From Curvularia clavata (lineage: Eukaryota), in contig CP089274.1 in NCBI GenBank assembly GCA_023920165.1, forward strand, positions 2,480,001-2,544,000: 64,000 nt of DNA. Direction: 5' to 3'. A program made the translations under genes and the position numbers. Shown here in pieces: positions 63,416 through 64,000 of the stretch. Each line of letters starts with the position of its first letter. The first letter of the stretch is position 1. The notes under the pieces were generated by a model, which did not search any database, had not been told where the DNA came from, and worked only from the letters and a program-made list of their open reading frames with translations.

Positions 63416-64000
63416 GGTGATAGTATGGTGTGCGTTGTTTTATTCGAATTTTTGCATTCTGCAAAATATTAGCATAGCCCGGATTTACGGAATATTCGTT
63501 ATTCGTACGGTGGAAGCCTGTAAAGAGAGATCGCAGTGTATGGAAGAGAAAATTCTGGCGCTGATGTGTCAGGATTTATGGCTTGAATGCTGCGCACCTC
63601 AGCTCAGCATGCCCGACCATTTGATTCTCGTATATCATCGTGTTCTCCCCAACATGCCAAACGTGCATAGTGGTCAGCCGCTCTTGAGGATAGCGGTCCT
63701 CGGAATCATAGTTGCACCGCGCTCGCTACCATTTCATTTGTATATCGATCATAATCTGAGGACGACCTCGGGCCGATATTGAATGGTGATGGGCGTGTCT
63801 GCCTCGTCCTTTTCGTGGTCAAGATGACTTGAGTGGCCATACCTTTCAGATCCATGGCATGAGGATATTAGTGGCTAATGACACACATGTTGTGTAACCA
63901 TACCGATATCGCATCGCATGCTCCTCGGAATATGGAGAGAGCTGAGAGCTCAATGTACTAGTACGTAGCATGAGAAAAAAAAATTAAAGCTCGAGTATGA

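Overview
Eukaryotic DNA from a filamentous ascomycete. The short GT-AG introns with CTAAC branch points and the gene content suggest a Dothideomycete/Pleosporales-type fungus, but that placement is inference. The window is gene-dense core chromosome with about 25 protein genes and one intron-containing tRNA-Tyr. Housekeeping genes: CDC73, LEU1, ALG7, SEH1, an F-box protein, an ECM11-domain protein, PNS1, mannitol-1-phosphate dehydrogenase, a PAP2_3/IPC-synthase-like protein, a BTB protein, a Pho85-type cyclin, KRE9, pepP, a NUDIX hydrolase, BRO1, MDJ1, SAP30, a DUF6697-like protein, an amino-acid permease and a Pth11-like receptor. Scattered CAZymes: the end of a GH3, CBM35-GH26, AA9-CBM1 and GH47. 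No CRISPR array, rRNA, intact transposon or biosynthetic gene cluster was seen. The best unexplained signal is at about 880-1810. It looks like a minus-strand, TATA-driven, multi-intron transcript with no long ORF, carrying a nested hairpin over a splice donor and two copies of a ~50-nt motif whose conserved flanks enclose a variable stem-loop. Other leads: an orphan Pyr4/PaxB-type terpene cyclase, a possible read-through PTS1-like tail on mannitol-1-phosphate dehydrogenase, two GC-AG introns, a leader intron on the cyclin, N-terminal extensions on SEH1 and pepP, and a small secreted peptide precursor next to a Pth11-like receptor. All family calls come from recognising motifs by eye. No searches were run, and exon boundaries were read manually.
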